Of a stretch of 33,308 bases of DNA, positions 16,463 to 24,519 are shown piece after piece. Below the pieces are notes generated by a model. That model saw nothing but the letters and a program-made list of their open reading frames with translations, was not told the DNA's origin and did not search any database. Position 1 is the stretch's first letter, and the number at the start of each line of letters is the position of its first letter. Origin of the DNA: Elusimicrobiota bacterium. GTDB taxonomy: Bacteria > Elusimicrobiota > Elusimicrobia > F11. Both the position numbers and the translations under genes were made by a program. The DNA lies in assembly GCA_046153645.1 (NCBI GenBank), contig JBJXGI010000077.1:1-33308 (forward strand), written 5' to 3'.

Positions 16463-17793
16463 ATCGTTTTTGGTTTCCGGAATTAGAGTTAAATAAACGA
16501 GAAGTAACGTGTCTAGCTTTAGCAGCTGTTCTTCATTCGCTTCTATTTTTGTGGAAGGGCGGTATGTTAGAACTTCCCGATCAAGAAAAGTTAGGAGACA
16601 TGGTTGTTCAAGTCCAGTTTATGAATGATATGCCTGACTATGATATGCCGGGTGCCGGTGGAGGGGGGGCGCCTCAATCGACTGGTTTGCTAGATAAAAT
16701 GAAATCCCTTTTTAAAGGAAAGGGTGGCTCCGCCCCTGAAATTTCTAAAGGTGTCGACATTAAAGTTGATACAGGTCAAACTTTTACAAAAGTGGGCGAT
16801 CAATTAACCAATAAAACATTTGACGATGTAAAAGGATTTCAAGGTCTTGCCAATACAACCGATAACGTTGATATTGCTAAAGGATCAAACAAAGAAATTA
16901 TCAATAAACCTTCCCAGGGAAATTTTGAACCAGCTCCTGCAAATCTTAAAGAATCTAAATTTAAATTAGCTATGAAAGATGCTCCTTTTGCGGTAACCAA
17001 ACCCAAAAATTTTGATTCATTATCTAATGCCAATGCGGTTCCTGTGGCCATTGGTAATGCCACTTCTCAAAACATAAAATCTTTGAGTGGCGGTGTTGGT
17101 GCGGGACCTGCCCTACAGTCAAAAACAGTGGCTTCAAAAGGATTTAACCAAACAGGTTTCTCCGGTGGAGCTTCGAGTGGGGGCAATGGTTCGGGAGCAG
17201 GATCAAGTCTCTCTATGGGGGCCGGTAATGCTTTTGGAGGCGTCGCTACAGGCGGTGGCTCAGGAGCGGGAAGTGGAATGGGTAGTGGCAGTGGTGTTGG
17301 AAATGGCGGAAGTGGTTCAGGGACAGGTGGCGGATCTGGAAGTGGGACAGGAACTGGATACGGAAGTGGGTCTGGCGCCGGAAGTGGTGGTAAAGCTTAT
17401 GGTGGTGGCGGAAGTCGAGGTTTGATGTCTCTTCCAAGAAATGAAGTGGCATCCTCCGATTTAGCAACAGGTTCAGGTAATGCTTCTTCAGGCAAGAGTG
17501 GATCAACAAATCGAGATTCAAGGTTTGCTATTAGTGGCGCCCTGGCTAATCGCCCCGTACAATCAAAAGTATTTGCGACTTATGAACGAGATGGAAGGGT
17601 TTCACTCAGATTTAAAGTGGATTGGAGAGGACGTGTATTAGAAGGAATTGTTGTTGAGGTTTCTTCAGGATCACCTAGTTTTGACCAAAAGGTAGTTACG
17701 TCTTTAAAACAATGGCTTTTTAACTCACTACCAACGAGTAGATCAAATGAAATTCAAGAAGGTGTGATCACCTTTGTATTTAGGGGAGTCTAA
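16459..17793 (+). CDS. tonB: TonB/TolA-like energy transducer with a Gly/Ser-rich linker
   Basis: N-terminal TM helix with His (LALAAVLHSLLFLW), a long low-complexity linker, and a C-terminal TonB_C-like domain GRVSLRFKVDWRGRV...VEVSSGSPSFDQKVVTSLKQWLF...ITFVF. Confidence 0.8.
   Translation: MNRFWFPELELNKREVTCLALAAVLHSLLFLWKGGMLELPDQEKLGDMVVQVQFMNDMPDYDMPGAGGGGAPQSTGLLDKMKSLFKGKGGSAPEISKGVDIKVDTGQTFTKVGDQLTNKTFDDVKGFQGLANTTDNVDIAKGSNKEIINKPSQGNFEPAPANLKESKFKLAMKDAPFAVTKPKNFDSLSNANAVPVAIGNATSQNIKSLSGGVGAGPALQSKTVASKGFNQTGFSGGASSGGNGSGAGSSLSMGAGNAFGGVATGGGSGAGSGMGSGSGVGNGGSGSGTGGGSGSGTGTGYGSGSGAGSGGKAYGGGGSRGLMSLPRNEVASSDLATGSGNASSGKSGSTNRDSRFAISGALANRPVQSKVFATYERDGRVSLRFKVDWRGRVLEGIVVEVSSGSPSFDQKVVTSLKQWLFNSLPTSRSNEIQEGVITFVFRGV
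17164..17421 (+). repeat. Low-complexity (GS/GT/GG)n coding tract within the TonB-like protein
   Basis: Encodes GGGSGAGSGMGSGSGVGNGGSGSGTGGGSGSGTGTGYGSGSGAGSGG. Codons are varied, so it is not a perfect DNA tandem repeat. Confidence 0.85.
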
Positions 17794-17797
17794 TTCA

Positions 17798-18709
17798 ATG
17801 AAGACACAAAAAAGATATAAAAATACACTTTTACTAGGACTTATTCTTCTCTTAACCTCCTCAATAAAAGCGCAAGATTCAAATACGCCTCCGGCACCAA
17901 ATGAACCCATGTCAGAAACGATTCGGGGCGAAATTAAAGAACAACTAGATATTCAAAAACAACCTCCCGCTATTGAACTCGATATAAAAGAAATTGTTGA
18001 AAGCGGAACGCCTCAAACTGAAACCGTTCTTAGCGGAAGTAAACCTATTCCCAGTAAAGAAGATTTCGATAACTTCTCAACTATTTATTCACAACAAATT
18101 ATCCGAGCATGGATGCCATTATTACCTGAACCACCATTGGTTACTTTTTATCCTGGTTTGTCAAAAATTGCGACAAAAAAATGGGAATTTCGTGTTTCTG
18201 ATGAAACGGGAAATATTGTTAAAACAATTAAAGGGAAAGGGATTCCTCCTCGTCAAATCGAGTGGAATGGGTTAAATGAGAGAGGAGTTTATATTACGGT
18301 TGGAACCATTTATTCATATCAATTTGTTACTTATGACGACAATGGAAACTCCCAAACATTTCCTGGTGAACCCTTCCAAATAGATGCTCTTTTGTATCAA
18401 CAAAAAGGAAAAATTTTTATTGAATTCGCCGATAAAAAACTTTTCCAAGAAAACTCTTCGAAGATTCGACCTGAAATGGAAGGATTATGGGAAAGAGCTA
18501 TCGATGTGATTCGAGAAAATTCTAATCAACCTTTGACTATTGAAGTTTACGCAGAGAGCACGAAATCAACTTTGGCCGAAGAAAGACGTCAGGTGGCTGT
18601 TAATTCCATTTCAGATTCAACCAATATTCCAGCCGTAGATATCCGCCATAAAGTAGATAAAGCTGTTGAACGGGGAAGTATCCTTCGCCTTGTTATGAAT
18701 AAAAGGTAA
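17798..18709 (+). CDS. Exported protein with a FlgD-Ig-like domain and a degenerate OmpA-like C-terminal domain
   Basis: GGGGAG RBS before the ATG at 17798 and a signal peptide ending SIKA. KWEFRVSDETGNIVKTIKGKG.PP.QIEWNGLNERG...YSYQFVTYDDNGN, then LFQENSSKIRPE....W..AIDVIRE.....LTIEVYAES...LAEERR (OmpA_C-like pattern). Confidence 0.7.
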   Translation: MKTQKRYKNTLLLGLILLLTSSIKAQDSNTPPAPNEPMSETIRGEIKEQLDIQKQPPAIELDIKEIVESGTPQTETVLSGSKPIPSKEDFDNFSTIYSQQIIRAWMPLLPEPPLVTFYPGLSKIATKKWEFRVSDETGNIVKTIKGKGIPPRQIEWNGLNERGVYITVGTIYSYQFVTYDDNGNSQTFPGEPFQIDALLYQQKGKIFIEFADKKLFQENSSKIRPEMEGLWERAIDVIRENSNQPLTIEVYAESTKSTLAEERRQVAVNSISDSTNIPAVDIRHKVDKAVERGSILRLVMNKR

Positions 18710-18763
18710 AAAATTTCATTCTCATCATTATTTAATCTGGTTTTTTCGTAATATCATGCCCTT

Positions 18764-19954
18764 ATGAAAAAATCTTTTTACCAATATTCTCAACGAACTG
18801 AATGGATGAAAGCCTCAATCATCCGTGAAATTCTTAAAATTTCATCTAAACCGGGGATTATCTCTTTTGCTGGAGGCCTTCCTTCCTCTTCAAGTTTTCC
18901 TCTCGTCGAATTTGAACAAGCGCTAATTCAAGCCCTTCGAAAAGATGGAACCAAAGCACTTCAATATACTGTTACCGAAGGTTTATTTGAATTAAAAGAA
19001 TACCTTTGCCATTGGTTAAATCAACAGGATATTAAAGCCGAACCTTCCCAAATGCTCTTGACCCATGGTTCTCAACAAGCCTTAGAGCTTCTAGGTAAGA
19101 TTTTCATTGATAAAGGGCAATCTATTCTCGTTGAAAACCCAACATATCTTGGTGCCATACAATCTTTTAATATTTTTGGTCCTCGGTACATTACCGCAAG
19201 AATGGATGACAAAGGAATGATTCCTGAAGAATTAGAAAAAACATTAAATAAACACAAAGTAAAATTTATTTACACTGTTCCAACTTTCCAAAACCCCTCT
19301 GGAATTACAACAACTTTAGAAAGGCGTAAAGCCCTTATTAAAATCGCAAAAAAGAAGAATATTCCTATTCTTGAAGATGACCCTTATGGTTTATTAAGGT
19401 TTAGAGGTCAGCCTGTTCCTTCTCTCTATTCGCTTGCTCGTGGAAAAGGTGTGGTTTATATGTCCACGTTTTCAAAACTATTGTCCCCGGGTATTAGACT
19501 TGGGTTTATGATTGCGGAAAATGAATTGATCCAGAAATTGGTTTTAGCCAAGCAGCCCACAGATCTTCAAACTAACACACTTATTCAATATGCGGTTTAT
19601 CACTATTGCCAAGCGGGAAACTTGGACAAACACATTCCCAAAATTATTAAAGACTATAAGCATCGTTGTGAAGTAATGATGACTGCAATCAAAAAATATT
19701 TTCCTCCGGAAGTCACTTATATTGAACCGGAAGGGGGAATGTTTATTTGGTGCCAATTACCAAAGAAGAAAAAGGCCAGCCTCTTATTTAAAAATTCCAT
19801 CAAAAAAGGTGTGGCATTTGTGGATGGAAGCGTGTTTTATCCAAATGGCGGAGGGGAAAATACTTTTCGTCTTAACTTTACAAGTTCTTCCGATGAAATG
19901 ATTATAGAAGGAATTAAACGTTTGGGAGACGCGATAAGAGAAATTTTAGCCTAA
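18764..19954 (+). CDS. PLP-dependent aminotransferase class I/II (LysN/ARO8-like)
   Basis: S.IREILK, ISFAGGLP, GSQQAL, ENPTYLGA, PTFQNPSG, EDDPYG, STFSKLLSPGIRLG (PLP Lys), PEGGMF.W, RLNF. Confidence 0.92.
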   Translation: MKKSFYQYSQRTEWMKASIIREILKISSKPGIISFAGGLPSSSSFPLVEFEQALIQALRKDGTKALQYTVTEGLFELKEYLCHWLNQQDIKAEPSQMLLTHGSQQALELLGKIFIDKGQSILVENPTYLGAIQSFNIFGPRYITARMDDKGMIPEELEKTLNKHKVKFIYTVPTFQNPSGITTTLERRKALIKIAKKKNIPILEDDPYGLLRFRGQPVPSLYSLARGKGVVYMSTFSKLLSPGIRLGFMIAENELIQKLVLAKQPTDLQTNTLIQYAVYHYCQAGNLDKHIPKIIKDYKHRCEVMMTAIKKYFPPEVTYIEPEGGMFIWCQLPKKKKASLLFKNSIKKGVAFVDGSVFYPNGGGENTFRLNFTSSSDEMIIEGIKRLGDAIREILA

Positions 19955-20161
19955 CAATATAATTCTAATTTCCCCAGTAGGACTTTTCTGAACTCTTAAT
20001 TGAGGGACTTCTTGACCATTCCTTCTTAAATAGTCACAACGGGGAATAACCACTTGCTCAAAAAAATATTCAGGATCATGTAACCGCTCATTGATTTCAT
20101 TTATGCTCCAATGCTGCAGCAAAAAACGACCAATAGTTTTAGAGAGATCACTCAGTTGCAC
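19946..20161 (-). CDS. Small hypothetical protein (71 aa)
   Basis: Fills the gap between convergent genes, overlaps the end of the MauE/DoxX gene as the last cistron, and has a protein-like composition. No motif recognised. Confidence 0.5.
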   Translation of the reverse strand: MQLSDLSKTIGRFLLQHWSINEINERLHDPEYFFEQVVIPRCDYLRRNGQEVPQLRVQKSPTGEIRIILLG

Positions 20162-20591
20162 AAGATTTAAGTTGATGTCTATTTTTAAGAAAGACAGCTA
20201 AACAGGCTAATAAAAATAAGAAATCGCGTAAAAATGTAAACCAAGTAGCAGGTGATCCGCCGCTTTTAAAACAACCACAGGAAATATTAAGTCCTCGCAG
20301 AAGAGCCGCCATGAGTCCGATCTGAAAGGCAATCATCATGAGCACCGTTCCCAGGGATGCTCCCAATTGGAATCGATTTAAAACCAGTGAAAAGCCGCAC
20401 AGCAGTTGAAACCAAGGTAGAATAATAGCCATTGGGTTTATGGCCCAAGTGGGGAGAAGTTTATAGTTGTAAATTTGGTGAGCAAACTCTCCCGGCGAAG
20501 CTATTTTGTAAAGACTGGCATAAATAAAAATACCGCCACAAAACAGTCGTAACAATAAAAAAAAGAATTCGATATATTTTTTATTTTTCAA
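20148..20591 (-). CDS. MauE/DoxX family redox-associated membrane protein
   Basis: LRLFCGGIFIYASLYKIASP..FA.QI.NYKLLP, LPWFQL..G, GLNISCGCF, LRDFLFL. Likely TTG start at 20591 overlapping the rhodanese stop (the ORF track extends to 20645). Confidence 0.85.
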   Translation of the reverse strand: MKNKKYIEFFFLLLRLFCGGIFIYASLYKIASPGEFAHQIYNYKLLPTWAINPMAIILPWFQLLCGFSLVLNRFQLGASLGTVLMMIAFQIGLMAALLRGLNISCGCFKSGGSPATWFTFLRDFLFLLACLAVFLKNRHQLKSCATE

Positions 20592-21090
20592 TGGGCAACC
20601 CCGCATTTTTCCATTCAGGATACCCACCATAAAAGATTCGAACATTTTGATAGCCTTGAGTCTGGAATTCCCTTCCTAGAAAAAAACTGAGTTCACAGCC
20701 GACTCCTTCGCAATAAATAATAATGGCATCGTCGGTGTCAATTCCTTTCATCGCGTCATTTTGAAATTTTTCCATTTCATAAAAAGGTAAGTTTCGAGAG
20801 TGCGGAATGCGCCCTATAGTAAATTCTTGAGATGTCCTTGCGTCAATAATAAAAGAAGATTGATCTTTCTGAATTTGAATAACCTCAGCAAGGCTTACAA
20901 ATTCAGGGTCACCTTCTCGAGCAATCATTCTATAGGCATCTTCAGTAGAGGTTGAAGAGGTGGGCCATTGCCCAAACCAAGAAATGCCTTGCGGAAAATA
21001 TTGACGACCAAATCCAAATAATAGAGAAAATAGTAAAAGCAGCAAAAACTGGAACAGCAAATTTTCTTTAAAACGACACCAGACTTTCAT
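20581..21090 (-). CDS. Membrane-anchored rhodanese-like domain protein
   Basis: N-terminal TM helix, IIDARTSQEF..GRIPHSRNLP, IIYCEGVGCELS, FYGGYPEWKNAGLPIE. Likely ATG at 21090, just after the upstream stop. Confidence 0.88.
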   Translation of the reverse strand: MKVWCRFKENLLFQFLLLLLFSLLFGFGRQYFPQGISWFGQWPTSSTSTEDAYRMIAREGDPEFVSLAEVIQIQKDQSSFIIDARTSQEFTIGRIPHSRNLPFYEMEKFQNDAMKGIDTDDAIIIYCEGVGCELSFFLGREFQTQGYQNVRIFYGGYPEWKNAGLPIEK

Positions 21091-21091
21091 T

Positions 21092-21832
21092 CTATTTTTT
21101 CTTGTCAGGTGCAGGTGCGCTTGTTGGTTTGGGGGCATTATTGAGAATACGTGAAGCTGGGGGAGGCGTTCCAGTTCGAATGGCAACCGTGAAATAATGA
21201 ACGTTGGTTCCCTCAACAGCTGAAACCGTAAATGATGTGTTTTTAGATTCATTCACATCTCCCGAAACGCTAATGTCAAATTTAACGGATTTTCCATCTG
21301 AAATTGTTTTACTGGTTAATTTTACATTCGCCCATTCAGCGGGTTCTTGTACTATTTCTAAAGTAGCATCATTTTTAGATTTGTTAACAATAGAGACAGA
21401 TTGTTCTTTTTTAGAATTTAAATCAAATTCAACAATGCCATTCCCTTCGGGGAAAATGACAGCGTCAGAGGGGGTAACGTGACCTTTTAACACGACTTCA
21501 TAATCCTCATCTGACTTTACTTTCGTTGATTTACTAAACATTGTTTTGGCATAACCTCTCGTGTTAAATGTCAAAATTATTTTTTTGGAATCATTCGAAG
21601 AAAGTTTACTGGGGGTAAAATTTGTCGCCGTGCAACCACAGGTCGGTTGGATAGCAGTTAAATCAACAATATCAGAAGTCAAGTTTTTCAAAGTAAACTC
21701 AGCTGAGATTTTAGCGTTGTCAGGTGCCCATCCAAAATCAAACGTTGTTGGGGATATTTGGAGGGCTTCTTTACCAAAAACAATTCCTGAAAAAAATAAA
21801 ACCACTGAAAAAACTTTTACAAATTTACGCAT
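21092..21832 (-). CDS. DUF1573-domain exported protein (two Ig-like domains)
   Basis: Signal peptide, FDFG...AEFTLKN, IQPTCGCT signature, I.LTFNT.G, V.LKGHV. CAGGAG RBS. Confidence 0.8.
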   Translation of the reverse strand: MRKFVKVFSVVLFFSGIVFGKEALQISPTTFDFGWAPDNAKISAEFTLKNLTSDIVDLTAIQPTCGCTATNFTPSKLSSNDSKKIILTFNTRGYAKTMFSKSTKVKSDEDYEVVLKGHVTPSDAVIFPEGNGIVEFDLNSKKEQSVSIVNKSKNDATLEIVQEPAEWANVKLTSKTISDGKSVKFDISVSGDVNESKNTSFTVSAVEGTNVHYFTVAIRTGTPPPASRILNNAPKPTSAPAPDKKK

Positions 21833-21845
21833 TTTTCATCTCCTG

Positions 21846-23042
21846 TTAATAAAGAAAATATTGTTTAACCTGCTCTATAAAAATTTGTCTTTTCTGATTA
21901 TACTCGGATAAAAGAGACTCAAGACTTTTCTTTTCATTAATAAAATCTTTTAATAAATTTGAACCAGTCACAATCCGTAACTCTTCCCAATCAAACTTTA
22001 GCTCTTTAGTGTAATTTTGATGCATAAACCAAAAAGAAGCAATAAAAATCTGAAATGGTGAGATGTCTTTTCGATTTGTAACAATCATTTTGACACCGTT
22101 ACACTTTTCATTCGCATATATATCATTTAATGGAACAAATTCCACTGGTTCAAATATAACCCCTGGGAAATTAAACGCTCTCAAGTAAGCAATCAATTCT
22201 TTAGAGTTAATCCACGGTGCCCCAAAAATTTCAAAAGGTGTTTCAGTTCCTCGGCCGACAGAAATATTTGTCGCTTCAAAACATCCAATGCCTGAATACA
22301 AAAGGGCTTGGGTCAGGTTCCTGATGTTTGGTGACGGGGGAATAAATTGAAGCCCCGTCTCATCATACCAATGTATTCTTTTCCATTTTTCCATTCTTAC
22401 AATGACCAAATCTGCTTTTAACTGATAATAAGCATTCATCCAATTCGCAAGTTCGCCGATGGTTAATCCATGCCGAGTGGGGATAGGGAAATATCCTGTC
22501 ATTCTTTTGATTTCAGGATCTAATATGTCTCCGTCTGTCATATCACCTCTAATGGGATTGGGTCTGTCTAAAACAACAAACTTAATTTTTCTTTTTGCCG
22601 CCTCTTCTAATGCCATGCCCATGGTTGTGATGTAGGTGTAATAACGTGTTCCAATATCCTGGATATCAAAAATAATTGTATCGACACCTTCTAACATTTC
22701 ACTCGTTGGCCGCTGCGTTTTCCCGTATAACGAATAGATATGAATGCCTGTTCGAGAATCTTTTGAATCTTCTACTTTTTCGCCGTGTTTTAAATTCCCT
22801 CGAAAGCCATGTTCAGGAGACATGACATTAACGAGTTTGATCCCTTTGGTCTTATAGAATAAATCAACAGCACTTTTTCCATCAATTGTAACTCCGGTTT
22901 GATTTGTGATGAGGGCAATTTTTTTTCCACGAAGCGATTCAAAATTCTCTTCGCGCAATACGTCAAGCCCCGTCTTTACAGCAGCAAAACTTGATGTGGT
23001 AAAGAAAAAAACAGTGAACAATAATGTTTTAAATTTATGCAT
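21846..23042 (-). CDS. namZ: Exo-beta-N-acetylmuramidase NamZ (DUF1343/YbbC, GH171)
   Basis: VKTGLDVL, LITNQTG, SPEHGFRG, SLYG, FDIQDIGTRYYTYI, VLDRPNP, RHGLTIGELA, PPSPN, SVGRGT..PF. GAGG RBS before the ATG at 23042 and a signal peptide. Confidence 0.9.
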   Translation of the reverse strand: MHKFKTLLFTVFFFTTSSFAAVKTGLDVLREENFESLRGKKIALITNQTGVTIDGKSAVDLFYKTKGIKLVNVMSPEHGFRGNLKHGEKVEDSKDSRTGIHIYSLYGKTQRPTSEMLEGVDTIIFDIQDIGTRYYTYITTMGMALEEAAKRKIKFVVLDRPNPIRGDMTDGDILDPEIKRMTGYFPIPTRHGLTIGELANWMNAYYQLKADLVIVRMEKWKRIHWYDETGLQFIPPSPNIRNLTQALLYSGIGCFEATNISVGRGTETPFEIFGAPWINSKELIAYLRAFNFPGVIFEPVEFVPLNDIYANEKCNGVKMIVTNRKDISPFQIFIASFWFMHQNYTKELKFDWEELRIVTGSNLLKDFINEKKSLESLLSEYNQKRQIFIEQVKQYFLY

Positions 23043-24519
23043 TTTGGTCCTCTTTTTCAAAATGGCTTAACATCCAGGACACAAACATGGTCCCAAAAGT
23101 TCCAAGTAATACAAGCCAAGTCCAACCTATGACGAATATTTTTTTCTCAGTTAAAATAAGTAAAACAGAATTGATGACAGCCATTAAAATCATAGAAAAG
23201 AGGTTTGCTTTATTGGCCTTTACTTTGGTTAATAGGCCTAATAAAAAGACGCCAAGTAAAGAACCAAATGTGACACCACCAATCTTAAAAGCCAACCACA
23301 AGAATCCTGATAAGAAACTAAATAGATAAGCCAAGATAGCGAGTAATACACCAAATAACAAAACCATGATTCGAGAAACGTTAACATAGTGTTGATCCGT
23401 TTGGTTTCTCTTAATGAGGGGTCGATAAATATCAGTGACAAAAGAAGCTGTTAATGACCCCAGAGGAGAATCAATACTTGCCATAATAACGGCTGATAAA
23501 ACAAGACCTCTTAATAAAGCGGGCATTTGAAAACTTGCGAAAAAAGGATAAATATCATCAAGTTTTTGAGGAAGTGGTAACTGCGGATTATTTTGATAAA
23601 AGACAAATAGACCGACTCCAATGATTAAGTAAAAAGACAACGTAAAAAGACCTAATAAAGGAGTTGCCAGCGTTGTTTTTTGACTTTTTTCTCTGGTTTC
23701 TAATGTTAATAATCGTTGCATGAGTTCATGATCAGTTCCATAAGCAGCCATTGAACCAAAAAAACCATTTAAGATAGCCAACCACCAAATGTTGGGGTTG
23801 GTTAAAATTTGACGAAAAAAATCAGGAGAAGAAAGGTTTGGTCCCCAGTCAAAGATGCTTAATTTTCCTGCCGCAGAAGCTTGGGAAAAAATGGCCGATA
23901 TTCCTCCGGGAACTGACTGGGCTAAATAAAAAACAGTCGCACCTCCTGCAAGAATAAACGTACACGATTGCCATACATTTGTCCAAATAATGGCTTTAAT
24001 TCCACCCCACGAGATATACAAGATAGATGCGATGGAAAATAAAAGGATCGTCGTCAAGAGAGGAAGGCCGGTTAAAACCGACACCGCCGTGGCTGCCACA
24101 GTGAGTCGAACCCCCGACCCCAAAAGTCGAGTCACAAAGAAAAAACAAGTGGCCGTGTATTGCGTTAATGGGCCAAAACGAAATTTCAAAAACTCATAAA
24201 TTGTTGTGCAGTTGTACTTATAAAACGCGGGGATAAACAAATAAGCAAGAGCGATTCTTGAAGCAAAGGAGCCAATGAACAATTGCAAATAAGCCCAATT
24301 TTCTTTGTAAACAGTAGCGGGAACCGAGATGATGGTAACTGCACTAATTTCTGTAGCGACGAATGATAAACATGCTGCCCACATGGGAATTTTTCTCTCA
24401 CCTAAAAAGAAGCCTTGTGTTGTTTGATTTTTTTTACCACATAAAAAACCGATGATAAAAAGAACGGCAATCGTGAATAAAACAACCGAATAATCAATCC
24501 AAGTAAGGTTCGTTATCAT
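23035..24519 (-). CDS. Sodium:solute symporter family transporter (candidate amino-sugar uptake)
   Basis: About 13 TM segments, FFLGER.IP.WA..LSFVATEISAVT, TIYEFL..RFG, GGIKAIIWT, MQRLL, A.S.DS. Confidence 0.9.
   Translation of the reverse strand: MITNLTWIDYSVVLFTIAVLFIIGFLCGKKNQTTQGFFLGERKIPMWAACLSFVATEISAVTIISVPATVYKENWAYLQLFIGSFASRIALAYLFIPAFYKYNCTTIYEFLKFRFGPLTQYTATCFFFVTRLLGSGVRLTVAATAVSVLTGLPLLTTILLFSIASILYISWGGIKAIIWTNVWQSCTFILAGGATVFYLAQSVPGGISAIFSQASAAGKLSIFDWGPNLSSPDFFRQILTNPNIWWLAILNGFFGSMAAYGTDHELMQRLLTLETREKSQKTTLATPLLGLFTLSFYLIIGVGLFVFYQNNPQLPLPQKLDDIYPFFASFQMPALLRGLVLSAVIMASIDSPLGSLTASFVTDIYRPLIKRNQTDQHYVNVSRIMVLLFGVLLAILAYLFSFLSGFLWLAFKIGGVTFGSLLGVFLLGLLTKVKANKANLFSMILMAVINSVLLILTEKKIFVIGWTWLVLLGTFGTMFVSWMLSHFEKEDQNA

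Noticed and set aside
17087..17521. Val/Glu-rich ORF 17087-17425 (+) and His/Phe-rich ORF 17246-17521 (-)
   Set aside because: Shadow frames of the Gly/Ser codon tract of the TonB-like gene.
11893..18709. Canonical Tol-Pal operon (cpoB-tolQRA-pal)
   Set aside because: No TolB beta-propeller, no lipoprotein Pal, two ExbD/TolR copies, and a TPR protein far larger than CpoB.
21091..21252. Extended N-terminus for the rhodanese ORF
   Set aside because: It overlaps the DUF1573 gene by ~160 nt. The ATG at 21090 directly follows the upstream stop and precedes the TM helix.
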